DNA from: Rhizomicrobium sp.
Lineage (GTDB): Bacteria > Pseudomonadota > Alphaproteobacteria > Micropepsales > Micropepsaceae
Direction of reading: 5' to 3'
Length of the DNA: 64,000 nucleotides
NCBI GenBank assembly: GCA_036268825.1
Contig: DATATK010000130.1
Span: forward strand, 132 to 64,131
The notes beneath the pieces were generated by a model. That model was not told where the DNA came from. It searched no databases and saw only the letters and a program-made list of their open reading frames with translations. The translations under genes were made by a program, and so were the position numbers. This document shows, one piece after another, positions 39,388 to 49,375 of this stretch (the first letter of the stretch is position 1; every line of letters starts with the position of its first letter).

Positions 39388-40011
39388 CTAATTCCCCGTC
39401 TGCGTCAGCTGGAACACCACCGAGGCTTTGGTCGATGACGCCACAGCCACGCCATTGTGCATCGCAGGCCGATAGCGCCAGTGATCCTTGACCCATGCGA
39501 TGGCGGCCGCGTCCAGGCTGTCATAGCCGCTGGACCGGTCGATGCTCGCGCCGGTGACGTTGCCGTCCGCGTCGATCGCGATCGTCAGCTGGACCGTGCC
39601 TTCATGACTGAGGCGGCGATCGAGCGGTGGAAACGCGGGAATCGTATGCGTCCCCGGCACGCTGCTGGCCGATGTGAATGTGTCCACCGGGTTGGCTCCC
39701 GGCGGGGTGAAGATTTCCTGACCTGTCGTCGGGTGATCGCCGGGATTCGGCGGCAACGGTGAATTGTTTGTTGGCCTTACGAATCCGCGCGGGCGCGGAT
39801 CGGTTGGCGGCGGCGGCGTCACCACAACCACCTTCTTTTCCGGGATTATCCACGCCGTGATGTCGTGCGTGGGCAACGGCGACGGTACGATGTCGAGCGC
39901 CGCGAGGATCGTGTAGATCACGGCCAGGTGCAGCGCGGCGACAACGGCGATGCTGATGGTGCGCCGTTCCGATGCGGGCGCGACGGCATTGGTGTACGGT
40001 ATGCTGGTCAT
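39388..40011 (-). CDS. TonB-family energy transducer
   Basis: N-terminal TM with His, Pro-rich linker, C-terminal EGTV.L...I..DG.V...SSG...LD.AA.....WRYRPA. Confidence 0.85.
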   Translation of the reverse strand: MTSIPYTNAVAPASERRTISIAVVAALHLAVIYTILAALDIVPSPLPTHDITAWIIPEKKVVVVTPPPPTDPRPRGFVRPTNNSPLPPNPGDHPTTGQEIFTPPGANPVDTFTSASSVPGTHTIPAFPPLDRRLSHEGTVQLTIAIDADGNVTGASIDRSSGYDSLDAAAIAWVKDHWRYRPAMHNGVAVASSTKASVVFQLTQTGN

Positions 40012-40144
40012 TTCATCCTCCCCGATGAAAGCCGCTGGGTTCGCGGCGCATCATTGGGGCGCGGCAATCTGGGCAAATTGATGGTGGGCGTCTGCCTGGG
40101 CTATCGTGATTTCTGACAACACGTCACCGGCAGCGAGTCGAACC

Positions 40145-40360
40145 ATGTCCTCCAGCATCAAGAAACTGATCGGCACGGTCGCGATGCTGGTCTGGATCGT
40201 GGTCTACGCGCTGATCGCGATGGGGATCGGTGTGCGGGTGCTGCCGCATGCGGCCTGGTATGTCGGGCTCGCCTATTACGCGCTGGCGGGCACGCTGTGG
40301 ATCATACCGGTGGGGCTGGCGCTGCCCTGGATGAACCGCGAACCGGCCCAGCCGCGCTGA
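40145..40360 (+). CDS. DUF2842-like small membrane protein
   Basis: KKLIG....W...YA, YYALAG.LWI.P...WM. Confidence 0.78.
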   Translation: MSSSIKKLIGTVAMLVWIVVYALIAMGIGVRVLPHAAWYVGLAYYALAGTLWIIPVGLALPWMNREPAQPR

Positions 40361-40383
40361 CGCGACCGGGCCGCGCGTCGATA

Positions 40384-40689
40384 TTAGTGACCCATGCCGC
40401 CGGTCATGGAATTGGCGGGCTTGGCCGGCTTGCAGTCCGGCTTCTTGGCGCCGCCAGCCATGGCGTTGCCGCCCGACATGGAATTGCCGCCAGCCATCGT
40501 GTTGCCGCCCGACATCGAATTGCCGCCGGCCATCGTGTTGGTGTGGCCGCTCGCCATCGCGCTGCCTTTGCAGTTCGCCGTCGCGGCGGGCTTCGCGGAC
40601 ATCGCGCCGCCGGCCATCGTATTGTCGGCCATCGCGGGCGCGGCCAAAAGGAACGCGGCCGCGGCGGCCGCAAGCGTCATGCGAATCAT
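40384..40689 (-). CDS. Secreted Met/Gly-rich hexapeptide repeat protein
   Basis: GGAGGAG RBS, signal peptide, repeats of N(T/S/A)M(A/S)GG. Confidence 0.8.
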   Translation of the reverse strand: MIRMTLAAAAAAFLLAAPAMADNTMAGGAMSAKPAATANCKGSAMASGHTNTMAGGNSMSGGNTMAGGNSMSGGNAMAGGAKKPDCKPAKPANSMTGGMGH

Positions 40690-40739
40690 GGATATCTCCT
40701 CCAGGGATTGGTAGCCGGCGGCTGCCGGTTACCTGGGCT

Positions 40740-40765
40740 TTCGCCCTCTGCCGCCCCTTTGTTAC
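40740..40765 (-). promoter_or_regulatory. Putative ECF16 (SigF/EcfF-type) promoter
   Basis: GTAACA-N16-CGAA upstream of the Met-rich gene. Confidence 0.55.
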
Positions 40766-40815
40766 GCCGGGGCGTTGGACGGATTTTAGCACAGTTCCCA
40801 AGGCTCGATTCGGCG

Positions 40816-40918
40816 TCTGCACAAATGACGCCTGCGTCACCCAAATTTCTCCTACATCTGCTTGACAGCGCCACGCTGGTCAGGCATTTTATCGGCATCT
40901 TCAGAATCATGTCCGGAC
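40816..40918 (+). repeat. 103-bp structured repeat element X, copy 1
   Basis: Aligns end to end with the reverse complement of 54204-54306; identical 36-nt core containing TTGACA. Confidence 0.85.
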
Positions 40919-40924
40919 CGTTAC

Positions 40925-41069
40925 TGCACCTCCCCCTTGTGGGGAGGTCGATAACCGTCGCGCGTAGCGTGGCGGTTTTCGGGTGGGGGGCCGCTCCAGA
41001 CGGCGGTACGGCCCCCCACCCGAAAAATGCGTTCCGCACTTTTCGACCTCCCCACATGGGGGAGGTGCA
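40925..41069. repeat. Branched palindromic repeat, subfamily II
   Basis: TGCACCTCCCCCTTGTGGGGAGGTCGA...TTTCGGGTGGGGG...CCCCCACCCGAAAA...TTTTCGACCTCCCCACATGGGGGAGGTGCA. Confidence 0.9.
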
Positions 41070-41077
41070 GAAAGATC

Positions 41078-42223
41078 TCACACCTTTTCCAGAATATGCA
41101 CCGCGCAGGCCGAGCCCGCGCCGACGACATGGGTCATGCCGATGCGCGCGCCGCCGACCTGGCGCTCGCCGGCTTCGCCGCGCAGATGCGTGGTCACTTC
41201 GTAGATGTTGGCGATGCCAGTCGCGCCGAGGGGATGGCCCTTCGACAACAACCCGCCCGACACGTTCACAGGGATGCGGCCGCCGAGCGCGGTCTCGCCG
41301 GAATCAATCATGCGGCCCGCCTCGCCGGGCTTGCACAGACCGAGGTTCTCGTAATGCACAATTTCCGCCGTCGCGAAACAATCATGGAGCTCGATGAGGT
41401 TCACGTCATCGGGCCCGAGCCCCGCCATCTCGTAAGCGCTCTTCGCCGCCAGCTTCGTCACCGCGTTGAAGTCCATCATCGCGATGTTGCGGTCGGTGTA
41501 GGGATCGCTCGCCAACGCGGACGCGCGCACTTTCACCGCGCGGCCCATCAAGCCGAGTTCACGCGCCTTCTTCTCGGAGCACAGCACCGCAGCCGCCGAG
41601 CCATCGACATTCACCGAGCACATCAGCTTGGTGTTGGGATAGGAGATCATCTCCGCGCCCATGACTTCCTCCAGCGGCGTTTCCTTGCGGTACATCGCCT
41701 TGGGATTCAGCGTGGAATGGTGATGGTTCTTGACCGAAACCTTGGCGAACTGCTCGAAGGTCGTGCCGTATTGGCGGGTGTGTTCCAGCCCGACATGCGC
41801 GAATACGGATGGCATCGTGCCGGAGCCGAGCAGGCCTTCGGTCGAGACGCCCTCGCGCCCGCCGCCGCCGCCGAGCAGGCCGCTGCCCATCTGCTCGACG
41901 CCGACCGCGAGCACGATGTCGTAGACGCCGGCCTTGATCGCCATCCAGCCTTCGCGGAAGGCGGTCGCGCCCGTCGCGCAAGCATTGGCGACATTGACGA
42001 CCGGAATGCCCGTCTGCCCGATTTCGCGCAGCACGCGCTGGCCGACGCCGCCGGAGGCCTCGAACAGGTTGCCGCAATACAGCGCCTGCATGTCGGCGAT
42101 GGTGAGGCCGCAATCGTCGAGCGCGAGAAGCGCCGCCTCGCCGCCCATCTCCGCGATGGAGCGGTTGGGGAAGCGGCCGAATTTGATCATGTCGGTTCCG
42201 ACGACATAGACATCGTTGCTCAT
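41078..42223 (-). CDS. SCP2-type thiolase family protein
   Basis: NACATG, DGSAA, ELHDCF, VNVSGGLLSKGHPLGATG. Confidence 0.9.
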   Translation of the reverse strand: MSNDVYVVGTDMIKFGRFPNRSIAEMGGEAALLALDDCGLTIADMQALYCGNLFEASGGVGQRVLREIGQTGIPVVNVANACATGATAFREGWMAIKAGVYDIVLAVGVEQMGSGLLGGGGGREGVSTEGLLGSGTMPSVFAHVGLEHTRQYGTTFEQFAKVSVKNHHHSTLNPKAMYRKETPLEEVMGAEMISYPNTKLMCSVNVDGSAAAVLCSEKKARELGLMGRAVKVRASALASDPYTDRNIAMMDFNAVTKLAAKSAYEMAGLGPDDVNLIELHDCFATAEIVHYENLGLCKPGEAGRMIDSGETALGGRIPVNVSGGLLSKGHPLGATGIANIYEVTTHLRGEAGERQVGGARIGMTHVVGAGSACAVHILEKV

Positions 42224-42235
42224 GGCGTTGCTCCT

Positions 42236-42658
42236 TCAGTTCGCGGGTACGAAGAAATAAGCGAGGTACGAATTGCCCTCTTTGTCTTTGCGGCCGGCGT
42301 CGCGGTAGACGACCTTCACCTTCATATCGAACTTGATCTTCGCGGGGTCCGGTTCGACGTCGAGCAGATTGCCCTTGATCGTGCCGCCGCCGTCCAGGTC
42401 GACGATGGCGGAGATGAACGGCACCGGCACGCCCGGGAAATTGCGATGCACGACGGTGAAATTGTAGAGCTTGCCGGTGTCGGCGAGCTTTACCTCTTTC
42501 ATCGCGTCGCGCGCGAAGCACTTGGCGCAGACGTCCTTCTTGCCGACATAGACCGTGCCGCACTTGCCGCACTTCGCGCCGGCAAGCCAGGCATGCTCGC
42601 CTTCGACCTTGAGGAAGGATACGGCGGGCTTGAGACCGGCAATCCCTGTCGCACTCAT
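42236..42658 (-). CDS. DUF35 Zn-ribbon/OB-fold protein
   Basis: CGKCG..CAKC, GKLYNFTVVH, AIVDLDGG; adjacent to thiolase. Confidence 0.9.
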   Translation of the reverse strand: MSATGIAGLKPAVSFLKVEGEHAWLAGAKCGKCGTVYVGKKDVCAKCFARDAMKEVKLADTGKLYNFTVVHRNFPGVPVPFISAIVDLDGGGTIKGNLLDVEPDPAKIKFDMKVKVVYRDAGRKDKEGNSYLAYFFVPAN

Positions 42659-42747
42659 GGCGTCTCCCGTTTATCTTTCGCGGCAGGCTAGCGGTTCTGC
42701 ACGGCAAGCGGCAAGCTGACGCCGGGTCAACTAGAGAAGGAAATTCG

Positions 42748-43740
42748 ATGGCAAACCGGCAATGGATATTCACCGCCAAGCCGACCGGCCAGGTGGGCCC
42801 TGAGCATTTCGGCCTCAAGAGCGCCCCCATGCCCGAGCCTGGCGAAGGCGAGGTTCTGGTGCGCGCGACGCACCTGTCGCTCGATCCCGCCAGCCGCGCC
42901 TGGATGATGGGACCAACCTACCGCTCGCAACTCATGCCCGGCGAAGTGATGGCCGGCTGGGGCATCGGTGAAGTGGTGAAATCGAATAACGAGAAATTCG
43001 CGCCCGGCGACATGGTGAGCGGCGAATATGGCTGGCAGGAATTCGCCGCCGTGCCCGCGCGCTCGCTCACCAAGCACGACAAGCAGCACAAGCCCGAGCA
43101 TATCCTCGGCGTGCTCGGCATCACTGGTCTCACCGCCTATTTCGGCATGCTCGATATCGGCAAGCCGCGGCCGGGTGAAACCGTGCTGGTGTCGGGCGCG
43201 GCGGGCGCCGTGGGCTCCATCGCAGGGCAGATCGCGAAGATCGCCGGCTGCCGCGTGGTCGGGACGACGGGTGGCAAGGACAAATGCGACTGGATCGTGC
43301 GCGATCTCGGCTTCGATGCCGCCGTCGATTACAAAGCGGGCGGCGTCTACAAGCAGGTGAAGGCTGCCTGCCCCGACGGCGTGGACGTCTATTTCGACAA
43401 CACCGGCGGCGATGTTCTGGCAGCGGCGCTGGCGCGGATGAACCTGTTCGGCCGCGTCGCCTGTTGCGGCAACATCTCGCAATACGACACCGGCGCACCG
43501 GCCGGTGGCCCCGCCGGCGTGCCCGGCCTGCTCGTCACCAAGCGCATCCGCATGGAAGGCTTCGTGGTGATGGATTTCTACAACCGCCGCCAGCAGGCCG
43601 AAACCGCGCTCGCCAACTGGGTCGCCGACGGCAAGCTCAAGGCGCCCGTCGATATCGTGGAGGGATTCGAGAACATGCCCGCGGCGCTCGTCGGCCTGTT
43701 CGCCGGGAAGAACAAGGGCAAACTGATGGTGCGGGTGTGA
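42748..43740 (+). CDS. NADP-dependent oxidoreductase (prostaglandin reductase-like)
   Basis: LSLDP..R, GLTAYFG, VSGAAGAVGS, YFDNTGG, GKNKGKL. Confidence 0.92.
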   Translation: MANRQWIFTAKPTGQVGPEHFGLKSAPMPEPGEGEVLVRATHLSLDPASRAWMMGPTYRSQLMPGEVMAGWGIGEVVKSNNEKFAPGDMVSGEYGWQEFAAVPARSLTKHDKQHKPEHILGVLGITGLTAYFGMLDIGKPRPGETVLVSGAAGAVGSIAGQIAKIAGCRVVGTTGGKDKCDWIVRDLGFDAAVDYKAGGVYKQVKAACPDGVDVYFDNTGGDVLAAALARMNLFGRVACCGNISQYDTGAPAGGPAGVPGLLVTKRIRMEGFVVMDFYNRRQQAETALANWVADGKLKAPVDIVEGFENMPAALVGLFAGKNKGKLMVRV

Positions 43741-44834
43741 TCGAGACGCGCTTCGTCGGCCTCGCCTCGCCCACATCGGTGCGCGCGGGTGCGGGCGGGC
43801 ATCCGTGCCAGGGACTTTACTGGACGCCATCGGGCCGCAAGCCGCGCACCGCGATCATCGCTACGCATTACAATGTCGATTTCGCGGAGCATTACAGCGC
43901 GCCTTACTTTGCCGAGCGCGGCTTCGGTTTCCTCGGCTGGAACACGCGCTATCGCGGCGCCGAGGACCTGTTCCATCTGGAGCATGCATTGATCGATATC
44001 GGCGCGGGCGTGCGATGGCTGCGCGAGGAAGCCGGTGTCGAGCGCATCGTGTTGCTGGGAAATTCCGGCGGCGGCTCGCTGATGGCGGCGTATCAGGCCG
44101 AAGCGAACGCGCCGGTGCTGGCGGCAAAAGGCGCGATGGCGCAGGCGCTGTCGTCGCTCTCGCCCGGTGACCTCTATGTTTCGCTCAACGCTCATCCGGG
44201 ACGGCCGGAGGTCCTGACCAACTGGATGGATGCGTCCGTCACCGACGAAACCGATCCCGTCGCGACCGACGCCGCGCTCGATCCGTTCGATCCGGGCCCG
44301 CCTTATCCGGCGGAGTTCATCGCGCGCTATCGCGCCGCGCAGCGCGCGCGCAACCAGCGGATTACAGGTTACGCGAAGGCCGAACTGGCGCGGCTCAACG
44401 CGGCCGGGATTCCGGATCGCATTTTTCCACTGTTCCGTACCTGGGCGGATCTGCGCTTCCTGGATCCGGCCATCGATCCGTCGGACCGGCCCTGCCCCGG
44501 CTGCTATGCCGGGCCGCCGAAGTTGGCGAACCGGTCACCGTTCGGCATCGGCCGGGCTTGTACCTTACGGGCGTGGCTATCGATGTGGAGCCTGGAGACT
44601 TCGCAATGCAGCGGCGCGCCGCAGCTTGCGAAACTGAAGCAGCCTTCGCTCGTTGTCCAAAGCATGGCGGACATGGGCGTGTTCCCGAGCGACGCGCACG
44701 CGATTTTCGGCGCACTGGCCGCAACGGACAAGACGCTCGAATTCGTGCCGGGCGCGCACTACTTCGAAGATTCCGAGCAACATCGCGAACGCGCCATCGA
44801 CCTGATGGCCGCCTGGATCGAAAGCCATGCCTGA
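43737..44834 (+). CDS. Alpha/beta-fold hydrolase
   Basis: GTGA overlap with upstream stop; GNSGGGS nucleophile elbow; C-terminal GAHYF. Confidence 0.82.
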   Translation: MIETRFVGLASPTSVRAGAGGHPCQGLYWTPSGRKPRTAIIATHYNVDFAEHYSAPYFAERGFGFLGWNTRYRGAEDLFHLEHALIDIGAGVRWLREEAGVERIVLLGNSGGGSLMAAYQAEANAPVLAAKGAMAQALSSLSPGDLYVSLNAHPGRPEVLTNWMDASVTDETDPVATDAALDPFDPGPPYPAEFIARYRAAQRARNQRITGYAKAELARLNAAGIPDRIFPLFRTWADLRFLDPAIDPSDRPCPGCYAGPPKLANRSPFGIGRACTLRAWLSMWSLETSQCSGAPQLAKLKQPSLVVQSMADMGVFPSDAHAIFGALAATDKTLEFVPGAHYFEDSEQHRERAIDLMAAWIESHA

Positions 44835-45105
44835 TGTCGTCGACAACGCCGCGAAAATGCACTTCGAGCTCACCGAGGAGGGCCTCACCGCCTTCGCCAC
44901 CTATCGCCGCGCGGGAACGCGCGCGACGATCCCGCATGTCGAGGCGCCGGTTCCGTTGCGCGGCAAGGGAACCGCGGGCCGCCTGATGGAGGGGATCGTG
45001 GCGCTGGCCCGCAGCGAGGGGTTCAAGATCGTTCCCAGTTGTCCCTATGCGGTCGCCTGGTTCCGGCGGCATCCAGAAGCCGGCGATGTTCTGGAACCCA
45101 TGTGA
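44827..45105 (+). CDS. Small GNAT protein (YjdJ-like)
   Basis: HVEAP..LRGKG.AG, KIVPSCPY. Confidence 0.88.
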   Translation: MPDVVDNAAKMHFELTEEGLTAFATYRRAGTRATIPHVEAPVPLRGKGTAGRLMEGIVALARSEGFKIVPSCPYAVAWFRRHPEAGDVLEPM

Positions 45106-45203
45106 AGCCTTTTTCACAGGGGCGGCGTTGGAACGTCTGAGATAGCGGTCGAATGTCCGTCGCGATGGGGCTAACATCCGCGGGATTTGAAGGGATGACA
45201 GTC

Positions 45204-46154
45204 ATGAGACGATTTCTCGCCGCGTTGTTCGCGGTCCTGTTCGCCGCCCCCGCTTTGGCGGCGCCATCCTACAACCCGCCCTTCGGATTGTGGCGCATTC
45301 CGGCCGATCAGATGGGCAGCCTGCCCTTCAACCTGAACGGCATCGCCTTCAACCCCGACAAGGATTCGCCGGCGACAGTGCTGGCCGCGCTCAACGCCAT
45401 ACGCGCCGCGCACGGCCATACCTTCATCCAGATGGTCAACTTCGCCGATATGCGGGAGAACCCGCCCGGCAATTTCCAGCTTTCGACCTGGCAGGCGCGC
45501 TACGACCAGTGGTGCCCGAAGGATGCGTCCGGCGCGAAGCATTGCCTCAACCTCCAGCCTTATGTCGCGGACGGCACGGTGCTGGGGCTGCATATCTTCG
45601 AATACTCGCTGGCGCCGACCATACTGTCCCGCAAATCCCCGGACCTGGGCCAGATCCAGCAGGTGGCTGCCTATGTGAAGACGCTGTGGCCGTACATGCC
45701 GATCGCGCTGGACACCGCGCGCCCGTGCACGCTCGTCGGTCCCAATTGGCACAATAATGTCGACCTGGTGCTGATCACGATCTTCACCATCCGTTTGACG
45801 GACTATGCGCATGGCGAGAAGCTGATCGCCAACGACGTGGCCTGCGCCAACCAGGCGGGCCTGCGATACACGCTCGGCCCCAATCCGTTTGGCGGCATAC
45901 AGAACGGCATGACATCCACGAGCCTGTCGAACTTCGTGCACTACGCCGAGTATTCGCTGATGTATCCGGGCAAGGTCGGCACCATTATCTGGCGCTGGTG
46001 GCCGGGCCAGGCGCCGACTGTGACCAACGGCGTCAAGAGCTTCGCCAATTTCTGGTCCGAGAACACGAACCCGGGCATCGGCGCCGCGATGCGGGAAATC
46101 CAGGCCTGCGCCGCGAACCCGACGCCGTCGTCCTGTCCGCACGGCAGTCCGTAG
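45204..46154 (+). CDS. Secreted hypothetical protein
   Basis: Signal peptide MRRFLAALFAVLFAAPALA, host-like codon usage, six Cys; alternative start at 45195. Confidence 0.72.
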   Translation: MRRFLAALFAVLFAAPALAAPSYNPPFGLWRIPADQMGSLPFNLNGIAFNPDKDSPATVLAALNAIRAAHGHTFIQMVNFADMRENPPGNFQLSTWQARYDQWCPKDASGAKHCLNLQPYVADGTVLGLHIFEYSLAPTILSRKSPDLGQIQQVAAYVKTLWPYMPIALDTARPCTLVGPNWHNNVDLVLITIFTIRLTDYAHGEKLIANDVACANQAGLRYTLGPNPFGGIQNGMTSTSLSNFVHYAEYSLMYPGKVGTIIWRWWPGQAPTVTNGVKSFANFWSENTNPGIGAAMREIQACAANPTPSSCPHGSP

Positions 46155-46191
46155 CGCTACTCGGCAGGGCGAGCAGCTTTGTAGGTGAAAA

Positions 46192-46269
46192 TGGTCGGAG
46201 CGGCGGGATTTGAACCCACGACCCCTTGTCCCCCAGACAAGTGCGCTAACCAGGCTGCGCCACGCTCCG
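46192..46269 (-). tRNA. tRNA-Pro (GGG)
   Basis: CGGAGCGTGGCGCAGCCTGGTTAGCGCA-CTTGT-CTGGGGG-ACAAG...GGTTCAAATCC...GCTCCGACCA. Confidence 0.97.
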
Positions 46270-46378
46270 ACATTTTGCGGCGTTCGAGGCCAGATTGGCG
46301 CCGGTTCCGCGAGGGCCGCGGACTATAGGGGGCAGCTTTCGCTGGGGCAAGCCGTGGACGTCGCGCCAAAACCGGCCG

Positions 46379-46897
46379 TCAGACGGCGGCGCGAGGCTTC
46401 GCGGCGGCGACGCGTTCCTTCATGACCAGCAGTTCGGCCAGAAGGATCTCCAGCTTCACGCGGCGGCGCTCGTCGAGGAATTCGGGCGACGGCGGCGCGG
46501 CGGCATGGGCCAGTTCCAACCTTGCCAGCGCGGCGCGGGCGTAACGCGGTTCTTCATCGACGGCGTCGGGCACGATGTCTTCGACAAGAGAGATGCCATT
46601 GCGACCCAGCCCTGCAACGTGGCGCAGGCCGCGTTCGCGCAGGACCTTCTGCACGCCCTTGATCGTGTAGCCGTCGTGATAGAGCAGCGCGCGGATGCCG
46701 CGCAGCAGATCGACGTCTTCGGGCCGGTAATAGCGTCTGCCGCCAGCGCGCTTGACCGGTTTGATCTGCGAGAACTTCGTCTCCCAGAAACGCAGCACAT
46801 GCTGCGGCACGTCGAGCTCGACGGCGACCTCGCTGATGGTGCGGAACGCTTCCGGCGATTTCTCGCGGAGCGGGATGACGGGAGCCAGGGCTGTCAT
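46379..46897 (-). CDS. MerR-family transcriptional regulator
   Basis: [30 protein letters not shown]; conserved downstream of ihfA. Confidence 0.92.
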   Translation of the reverse strand: MTALAPVIPLREKSPEAFRTISEVAVELDVPQHVLRFWETKFSQIKPVKRAGGRRYYRPEDVDLLRGIRALLYHDGYTIKGVQKVLRERGLRHVAGLGRNGISLVEDIVPDAVDEEPRYARAALARLELAHAAAPPSPEFLDERRRVKLEILLAELLVMKERVAAAKPRAAV

Positions 46898-47220
46898 TCG
46901 CGCTCGACTTCCACTTCATCCGGAATTGGATCGCCGTTGATCATCGCCTTGAGCACATGGCTGGGGCGGAACACCAGCACGCGGCGCGGCGCGATCGGAA
47001 CTTCGTCGCCCGTCTTGGGATTGCGGCCCATGCGTTGCGATTTCTGGCGCACCGCGAACGTCCCGAACGAGGACAGTTTCACGGTCTCGCCGCGCGCGAG
47101 CGCGACGCAGACCTCTTCGAGCATGTCCTCGACCATCTGCGCGGATTCGTTGCGCGACAGGCCGACGGACTGGAAAACGGCCTCGCTCAAATCGGCACGG
47201 GTCAGCGTATTGCTGGTCAT
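46894..47220 (-). CDS. ihfA: Integration host factor subunit alpha
   Basis: TLTRADL, VKLSSFG.F, GRNPKTG.EVPI.PRRV. Confidence 0.96.
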   Translation of the reverse strand: MTSNTLTRADLSEAVFQSVGLSRNESAQMVEDMLEEVCVALARGETVKLSSFGTFAVRQKSQRMGRNPKTGDEVPIAPRRVLVFRPSHVLKAMINGDPIPDEVEVERE

Positions 47221-47315
47221 GAAACAGGGCGACTCCCCTAGCGCAACTGAAACCTAAGGGTGAGGCGATTATCCGTCAACGTCAAAGGGATAGGCGGCAG
47301 AGTTGAGTCGCCGCC

Positions 47316-48293
47316 TTACCAGCGGACCAGGGCCGCGCCCCAGGTGAAGCCGCCGCCCATGGCCTCCAGCAGCAACAGATCGCCCCGCTTGATCCGGCCG
47401 TCCCGCACGCCCGTCTCCAGCGCCAGGGGCACCGAGGCAGCGGATGTGTTGCCGTGCTCGGCAATGGTCGAGATCACCCGCTCCTTGGGCAGGCCCAGCT
47501 TCCAGGCGGTCGTATCGAGGATCCGCTGGTTGGCCTGGTGGGGGACGATCCAGTCGATCTGGTCCATTCCCGCCCCGCCGGCCGCGGCTGCCTGTTCCAT
47601 GGCAGACACGGTGTTGACCACGGCATGCTTGAAGACCTCGCGGCCCGCCATCCTGAGATGGCCTGTCGTGCCTGTGGTCGAGGGGCCGCCGTCGACATAG
47701 AGGAAGTCGTGGTGCCGCCCGTCCGAGAACAGCCGCGTGCTGAGCACGCCGCGATCCGACACGTCGCCCTTGCCTTCGGAGGCGCGCAGCACGATGGCGC
47801 CGGCGCCGTCGCCGAACAGCACGCAAGTCGTCCGGTCCGTCCAGTCCATCAGGCGCGACATCGTCTCAGCGCCGATCAGGAGCACCGTCTTGGCCTGCCC
47901 GCATTTGATGAAGTTGTCCGCGACCGAGAGGCCGTAGACGAACCCCGAGCACACCGCCTGCACGTCGAACGCGGCGCCCCGCGTCATGCCGAGCTTGGCT
48001 TGTATCTTGGTCGCGACGGACGGGAAGGTCTCGTCCGGCGTCGTCGTGGCGACAATGATGAGGTCGATCTCATCGGCGCCGATCTTTGCATCGGCCAACG
48101 CGGCTTGCGCGGCTTTCAGCGCGAGGTCGGATGTCGCCTCGCCTTCTTTCGCGATGCGGCGGCTGCGGATGCCGGTGCGGTCCGCGATCCAGGCGTCCGT
48201 CGTGTCGACGCGCCTGGCGAGTTCGTCGTTGGTCAGAATGGTCTCGGGCAGATAGGCGCCCAGGCCGATGACCTGCGATCTGACGACTGTCAC
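47316..48293 (-). CDS. fabH: 3-oxoacyl-ACP synthase III
   Basis: [33 protein letters not shown]. Confidence 0.97.
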   Translation of the reverse strand: MTVVRSQVIGLGAYLPETILTNDELARRVDTTDAWIADRTGIRSRRIAKEGEATSDLALKAAQAALADAKIGADEIDLIIVATTTPDETFPSVATKIQAKLGMTRGAAFDVQAVCSGFVYGLSVADNFIKCGQAKTVLLIGAETMSRLMDWTDRTTCVLFGDGAGAIVLRASEGKGDVSDRGVLSTRLFSDGRHHDFLYVDGGPSTTGTTGHLRMAGREVFKHAVVNTVSAMEQAAAAGGAGMDQIDWIVPHQANQRILDTTAWKLGLPKERVISTIAEHGNTSAASVPLALETGVRDGRIKRGDLLLLEAMGGGFTWGAALVRW

Positions 48294-49345
48294 GAGACGG
48301 CGGCTCCGCTGGCGGCGACGGGCGCGGCAACAGGCAAGATGCTGGCGCGGTCGGCAATGATCTTCTCGATCACATCCGCGCGCGCCATGTCGATCGCCAT
48401 GTCCAGCGCGCTTGCGAACCCCAGTGCGTCGGTGCCGCCATGGCTTTTCACCACGACGCCGTTGAGGCCGAGAAAAATGCCGCCGTTGGATGTGCGCGGA
48501 TCGAGCTTGCGGCGCAGCACGCCCAGCGCGCCGGCAGCGAAGAAACCGCCGATCTGTCCGAACAGCGAGCGCTTCATCGCGCTGCGCAGGAAATGGACGA
48601 CCATTTTCGCGGTGCCTTCGGCGGTCTTGAGCGCGATATTGCCGGTGAAACCGTCCGTCACGACAACGTCGACCGTGCCTTCCGAAATATCATCGCCCTC
48701 GACGAAACCGACGAATTCCATCGGCAGCGTGGTGTTGCGCAGGATCTGCGCGGCGCCTTTCACCGATTCACGGCCTTTCATGTCCTCGGACCCGACATTG
48801 AGCAGGCCGACGAGCGGACGATCCAGGCCGAGAATGGCGCGGGCATAGGCCTCGCCCATCACCGCGAAATCGACCAGCTGGTCCGCGTCGCATTCCACGT
48901 TCGCGCCGACGTCGAGCACGATGGTCTGGCCGCGCTTGGTCGGCCAGATCGCCGCGATGGCGGGGCGGTCGATGCCTTCGAGCACGCCGAGCTGGAACAT
49001 CGACATCGCCATCAAGGCACCGGTGTTGCCGGCGGAGATCGCGACACGCGCTTCCTTGTTCTTCACGGATTCGATCGAGCGCCACATGCTGGTGTTCCGG
49101 CCGCGCCGCAATGCCTGGCTCGGCTTGTCTTCCATACGTACGCGCTCGGCGCTGTGGCGGATCTCCACGCGCTCCAGCAATTTCGCGCGCTTGGCGAAGA
49201 GCGGCTTCAGCACCGCCTCGTCGCCGTGCAGCAGGAAGCGCACGGTAGGATGACGCACGGATGAGCGCACAAGCGCAGTCACGACAATGCCCGGGCCGGT
49301 GTCCCCGCCCATCGCATCGATCGAGACCGTCAGATCAGCGGTCAC
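48290..49345 (-). CDS. plsX: Phosphate acyltransferase
   Basis: [36 protein letters not shown]. Confidence 0.97.
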   Translation of the reverse strand: MTADLTVSIDAMGGDTGPGIVVTALVRSSVRHPTVRFLLHGDEAVLKPLFAKRAKLLERVEIRHSAERVRMEDKPSQALRRGRNTSMWRSIESVKNKEARVAISAGNTGALMAMSMFQLGVLEGIDRPAIAAIWPTKRGQTIVLDVGANVECDADQLVDFAVMGEAYARAILGLDRPLVGLLNVGSEDMKGRESVKGAAQILRNTTLPMEFVGFVEGDDISEGTVDVVVTDGFTGNIALKTAEGTAKMVVHFLRSAMKRSLFGQIGGFFAAGALGVLRRKLDPRTSNGGIFLGLNGVVVKSHGGTDALGFASALDMAIDMARADVIEKIIADRASILPVAAPVAASGAAVS

Positions 49346-49375
49346 TTGCGCCTCGCGCCTGGATCGGAATCCGCG

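Noticed and set aside
40449-40540. Tandem 18-bp repeats resembling a small array
   Set aside because: Coding hexapeptide repeats with no unique spacers; not CRISPR.
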